Of a DNA stretch of 64,000 nucleotides, positions 58,636 to 64,000 are shown in pieces. The stretch's first letter is position 1. Each line of letters begins with the position of its first letter. Below the pieces are notes generated by a model. The model saw only the letters and a program-made list of their open reading frames with translations. It had not been told where the DNA came from and ran no database searches. Origin of the DNA: Phyllosticta citribraziliensis (taxonomy: Eukaryota); the NCBI RefSeq assembly GCF_038025025.1, contig NW_027117343.1, positions 248,001 through 312,000 on the forward strand, written 5' to 3'. Made by a program: the position numbers and the translations under genes.

Positions 58636-59077
58636 CGCCAGGGGCGTTGTCATCATCCTCATCGTCCTCGTCATCCTCGTCGGCGACGGCGGCGGCGGTG
58701 GCGGCCGGGACAGCATTGTCGGCCCCGTCCTCGTCCTCGCCCTCGTCCTTGTCCTTGTCGTCGTTGACGGCGGCGGCGGCCGGGATAGTATTCTCGGCCT
58801 TGTCCTTGTCGTCATCGATGGCGGCGGCGGCCGGGAGGGCGTCGGCCGTGGGAACCAAAGCCGGGTGGATGGCGGCCGGGGGCGGAACAGCAGGGTGAGT
58901 CGGAGGGAAGTTAGAGCCGGAAAGAGAAATGGCAGGGGCATGCGGCTGGTTGCGCGCCCGCCGTGCTTGGTTGCGGGCGACCTCTCTTTGGTTGAGGGCG
59001 GCGAGGTGGGCTTGGGCACCAGGGATGCCGGCGGCTTGGTTTCTCTCAGCGATGCGGCGCGAGCGCGAGCGAGGCAT
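58595..59077 (-). pseudogene. Low-complexity basic/acidic protein gene (MPRSRSRR...DEDDEDDEDDD), apparently truncated by the MITE remnant
   Basis: R-rich N-terminus and PAAAA/DDDKDK repeats. The stop codon falls inside the MITE-like sequence, and compositionally similar coding fragments continue downstream in other frames. Confidence 0.45.
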
Positions 59078-61548
59078 GTTGGTGGTGGTGGTGGTGGTGG
59101 TGATTATGATGATGATGGGGGGTGTAAGCCGTGGAGGCGGCGGGGGCAAAGGCGGCAGCGGCGCCTCGGGTTCAGGTGTCGCTCTTGAGCGTGACGTGGA
59201 GGAGAGTTCGCAAGAGGGTGAAAGGGTTGACGGATGATATAGTTCGTTGATAAGGTGCGGTGACGGCGTAAAGCGTTGCTTGGAGATGATGGTGATGGGA
59301 CAGGACTTAAATCATGGTCGCTTAAGTTGCGGAACTATTGGTTATTAAAAAAGCAGGGAGGACAGTTGCTACAGGCGTGAGCTATCAATTAATAGATTAT
59401 GAGGGGAGGGCTATAGATTATGAGAGATGGTATCAGAGGTGAGATGAAGATGTTCTGGCATACAACAAAGGCTCATCTTCTCAAACTGAGCGCGCAGAAG
59501 AACATTCTGTGAAGAGCATGATGCTTCTTCATCGAGGCTGAAGTGTCGGTTCGAATTTCGCGGAAGAGGCAGCTTGAGACTACGGCATGTGAGAGCAAAG
59601 AATGTGCTGGAACAGGAGCAGATCAACTGTAGAGCGCGAAGGCGGTTGGAGCGCCGCAATCGTTTTGAAAGTGAGTGCCAGTCTGCTTGACCGACGGGAG
59701 TCCAAGTCAGTTGTCGTTGCACTGCGTGCCGGCCGCAGTGAGTCCACTCATCGAACCCACAACAACAAAGGACAACTTTCTCATTGATTCGAAATATGAT
59801 CCATGCATTTCACGACTCCTCTTTGCAGCATCAGAGCAAAACAACTCTTCTGTGCCTCTTGAAAATATGGAATCAGGTCACACCATGCGCGCATTGCAGC
59901 AAGCGCCCAGCGGCGCAGTCCCTGGTCAAAAAGCGTCAGACAAACAGACTTTGCGACCGTCAGGCTCTCACTGACGCTCAGAAATGTCCGTAAGGTCTGA
60001 AGGCGCTTTTCCATGCTCAAGTCATCGTCATGAACGAGTCGCCCAGCACGGCACATTGCCGACCCCAATCCCCGGCACAACGCCAGCACAATTTCAAAGC
60101 GACAAGATCGCTGACTACCAAAGTCTTAAATCCAAGATTCAAAGTAGTGAGGACATCCTGATCGCTTTCGCTTTCGCTATTGTTGTCGCTCAACTCCACA
60201 AGATTCCTCGGCCAAGAAGACACTTCTCAAAGCCGCCGTCCAAGAGCCAATGCTTTCAAGGTAAATGTGCTCAATCGCGATGTATGAATTGATGGCGTGC
60301 TGACATCAACTATTAGGCTCAGGCGCCAGTCGGCTTGTCTGTCTTTGTATTGACCTCTCAAAGTTGTCACCAACTCTACGTTAAACACCTGTGGAGCACG
60401 TTTATAAACATCACTTGGTGCCACAACCTTATTGCAACACACAAGACTGGTGATCACGCTTAATACTACCTATTTGATCTGTAAAAACTTCCTCACGTGG
60501 ACAGCATCCCTGGAATACCATGTAGTCTCGTTTCGCTATTGCCGGGAGAGTCATGAGCGAGCAGGGTCAAGCTCAGTCGGTATGTCAATACTCTGGCAGA
60601 AGTCACACACTCTCTTTCGATGTTTCATCTCCACGATTTAGTGGCTTCCCACTTAACGATATCATGGACTCTCTTGAGCTAAGGCTCTCGAACTTCTGCG
60701 AATTCGGGTCATGGGCCATGTCGCGCGTCTATGGCCTGAATCGAGCACTTCTCCCTATCTTCTGTCTTTGACGAGTCCCAATGGCAAGCCTAGCCTCATG
60801 TGGCAATCCAGGTCATTCTTTAGCCATGGAAACCCTGTCGATGGCTGCTCTCTGAGTGGTGCTGTGCATAAAGGCTCAGCCCAAGCGAATCCGACGTTAC
60901 ACCCGATTACGAACATATGCCCAATGACCGCGCTGTCAAATGCACATTTGCATTGCAACAAGACAAATTCGACTCTACTTCCCATGAGCTTTACCAACTC
61001 ATGGCTTGCGGACGCTCCTGCCAGTTGGTGATGCACTGTGATGCAAGTCTTGGGCACATATGGTACATTTAGCTAACTCTCGACTGGCGTTGTGGCTCTC
61101 TACAAGTCAAAAAGCAAACTTTGGGGAAATAGACGAGCTTATTATGTCAGTTCCCTAAAACACACGGAAGTTCCCTTATTTACGTAAATGTAGTGAAAGA
61201 GGAATGACCAAGACCGGGGCGAATGTCTGCCACGGCGCCGTTTCGATTTGCTCGACTATTTACGATCTTCATTTGCACATATTTTGCTCGTATTCTCGTT
61301 CAGTGCCTCACCTAGACTATCCCAGCTCACCGCGACGTCCGTCATGGCTACAGCGACGCCTTCAGCCATGCTGCTAGACGCTTCGCCATTTCTTCCGTTG
61401 GCGGACTCACTTGCCGCCGCTGATCTCAATCCCGTACTTCAAAAGCTAACGACAATCTACAGAATGTGATCAAAGAAACAGATGCTGCTACAGTTCACCT
61501 TGCTATGGCCGGCGACGACTATGTATGACATCAGCTATAACGTCGCGG

Positions 61549-61702
61549 CACAGTGGGCGTCGAAAAGAAAATGTGACAGACCTCCTGGCAATGTGAGTGC
61601 ACTTAGGGAGCATCCATCTGAAGCGGTAATTACGCTTAGGGAGTATTCATCTACTGGTGCATCTAGACCCAGGGAGTCTTGTTTCTTTCAACACACGCCA
61701 TG
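61549..61702. mobile_element. CACAGTG MITE copy 2, 154 bp, 4-bp TSD (GCGG), inverted relative to copy 1
   Basis: Colinear with the reverse complement of 43668-43884 (GACAGACCTC.TGG.AATGTGAGTGCACTT.GGGAGCAT; ATCTAGACC.AGGGAGTCT). It has two rather than four internal 33-bp units. GCGG at 61545-61548 and 61703-61706. Confidence 0.85.
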
Positions 61703-62550
61703 GCGGCGTGAGCACAGAGTAACTGGATCAGCCCGTCAACCAACAAAGATTCCAGGCCTGTCATCCAGAATATCCGTCGCATCATCACGACCGCAGCAGT
61801 CGTTCGCGCAGGCACGGAATGCATCCAATCAGGGGAAGTCAATTACTCAAGCACCTACGTACTTTACCTACCTAGCCAAAGCAAACCCACGCACTATCGC
61901 AACATGACACAAACCCAATGGCTTAAACCACATAAGCATAACCCACCGTCACCCACAGCCAACCGCCCGGGTTTCTAACGACACTCAGCCCCCGGATCCC
62001 CGGAATAACCGCATTTTGTCCGTCCCCGGAGCGCAACGACGGATGACGACTTCCAAACTAGCTTTTTTGCGGCAGATTGGGTTGGATGCGTGCCATAGAG
62101 TTGCGAACAGCCTTTGGCCGCCTTGCTTGAAAGATGGGAGGGAGATAGAGTTTTATTCGAAAGGGGCAGTTTTGGAGCGAGTGGGGCTTGGTATTTGCGG
62201 TTTGTGGTTCTCCTGCTGCTACTCTCCTTGTCTGCTTGGTTCTCAAATGACTCCTGTTTGTATCGACGCATTGTGCTTTTTGCAGTGTTGGTTTTACGAG
62301 TTGATTAATGTTTCTGTTTCCTTGCTTTTCCGTTGTTCTCCTGCTCAGGGGCTGGCTTGTGGTGAGTCCCGAGAGCGATACCTTTCTTTCCACATACCCA
62401 ACAACCATAGCCTAGAGAACGAGGGGACACAATGATTGATTCGGCGATGCAGATGATAAAGCAATATTCGCTGCCTCTCAAATGTCCAATACACAACCAC
62501 TTGCAACCTCAGGCAAACCCAACCCAGCCATACCCCTGAGCCCCCACCCC

Positions 62551-63308
62551 CTATTCCTCCTCCATCGCCTCAGCCAACTCCTCCTCTGCACGCATCAACT
62601 CACTCTTCCTCTCCTCCACACCCCTCATAAGCCTCTCAACCATCCGCCGCCTCATCCACGCACACTCCCTCTCAATCTCCTCAACATACCGTCCGCGCGC
62701 CTCATCTTTAGACCGCAGCCACCTCACCTCTTTCTCCAGCGCCGTGACGCGCTCATTAGCGGCATCGAGGGCCTCACTGCACAATTTCTCGCCATGACAC
62801 GCTTCGGCCTAGAGCCCCACCCGCTTGCCGGCCTGCTTCGAGTACCACCTGTGCAGCTTTTTGGACGTTGCCAGCTCGGCGGCGAGGGCGGCCGCGCACG
62901 CTTTGTGTCAGTTGCCGCGCTGCTTGTATTCGTCGCCGCGCCGCTTGTGGAAGGAGAGGTCGTCGAGCATGGGATGACGGCGGAGGTGCGCGTACTGTGA
63001 GCGGTGGAATGGTTAGCTGAGGTTTGAGAGATGAGAGATGAAGGAGTGTCAGGGAGCAGGCGGAGGCGCACCTTACTCTTGGGAAGGTACTGCGGCTTGT
63101 ACTTGACCAGAGAGCTCGTCTTGGGTTTGTGCTGCTGCTGCTGCGCCGGCGCAAGCGGCGCGTCGCTCGTGGAGGTCGTGGCGTCGGGGGCAGGCTCGCT
63201 GCACGCACGAGGGAAAGACGAAGCCAACATGTTGATGGTGGTGGTAGCTTTTGCAGTCTTGGATGGAAGAACTGGTGAAAAGGAGGTTTTTCTGGTCGTC
63301 GAAGACAT
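62551..63308 (-). pseudogene. Two-exon coiled-coil protein pseudogene with two in-frame stops
   Basis: Exon 63308-63072, intron 63071-62995 (GTGCGC...GCTAAC...CAG, phase 0), exon 62994-62551. The second exon reads through TGA (62908-62910) and TAG (62809-62811) into an E/R-rich coiled coil. Confidence 0.65.
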
Positions 63309-64000
63309 GAAGGTGGCAGACTTGGTAATGGCGACGTGCGGAAGAGCCGGTGGACGAAAGGTTGGAGACGGTGCTGTTGGACGAGAGGTCTGAAGTTGGA
63401 AAGGAAGTTGTGCGAGCAGAAGATATAAGATGGCGAAGTAAAATCAAGTGAAAGAAACTTGAAAAGGGAAATGGTGTCAAGTGAAAGGGACTGAAATGGG
63501 AACACTGCGAGGAGTTCACGTCCACATTCACAATTCCTGACAGGCGCCAGTCATTTCCAACAGGCGCAACACAGTGCCTTCAAAAATACAGTGTCAGTTT
63601 TCAAAAGATTCCCCGAGGTTGATGGATTTGACTTAGGCTTTAGGGTGCTCGTCCACGATCAGTCTGATCTGACCGACGAAGTGTTGAAGTGGCGCTCCCT
63701 CCGCTTCCCCTTTGCTGTGGCTACGCTTTTCAGCAACGGCGCCTGGGGAGTGAGAAGCCTTACCAGTTGGAAATGACAACTCGAGCACATTTGCAGCAAG
63801 GAATCTTGCTTGCCTGAGAAACCACAACAATAAGACAATCAAAATGCCTTAGTCCAACCAAGCGCCCACGTGAATGCGTACCAAAGAAAAACCTTCGTGG
63901 GCGACACTTCGCGACGACTCCACATCCCTTGCCTTTCTCCCTTCTTTCCGGTCAGCTTTGAGTCTCAAAGACTACCACCACCAACATAGGACTGACTCCT

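Noticed and set aside
59400..62400. Short ORFs around MITE copy 2, including 61482-61907
   Set aside because: No domains. The similarity of 61482-61907 to ORF 43631-43900 comes only from reading through the MITE.

Overview
Eukaryotic DNA from a filamentous ascomycete: GT-AG introns with CTRAY-type branch points, microsatellite-rich intergenic DNA and RIP-like decay of repeats. A Dothideomycete origin is my inference. The conserved core genes are a Q/P/H-rich uncharacterised protein with two diverged copies of one domain (15.3-18.6 kb), a membrane-anchored GH17 beta-1,3-glucanase (btgC-like), a ~1305-aa KDEL-terminated ER protein divergent from a Doa10/MARCH6 RING-CH E3 ligase, and a haspin kinase. 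Accessory-looking content: (i) a tandem pair of small beta-rich (ricin-B-like) paralogs, one frameshifted by 5 extra bases, sharing a conserved upstream element; (ii) three dispersed BTB/POZ + C4 zinc-ribbon + acidic/basic-tail paralogs with an identical intron position; (iii) a secreted intronless GDPD-domain protein; (iv) several decayed genes; (v) two non-autonomous transposon families. One is a 668-bp foldback/MULE-like element with a near-perfect 9-bp TSD. The other is a short MITE family whose ends are CACAGTG (the V(D)J RSS heptamer); it makes 4-bp TSDs and carries a GAATGCTCC motif phased every 33 bp, and that motif is strongly enriched across the accessory parts of the window. No rRNA, tRNA or CRISPR features were recognised.
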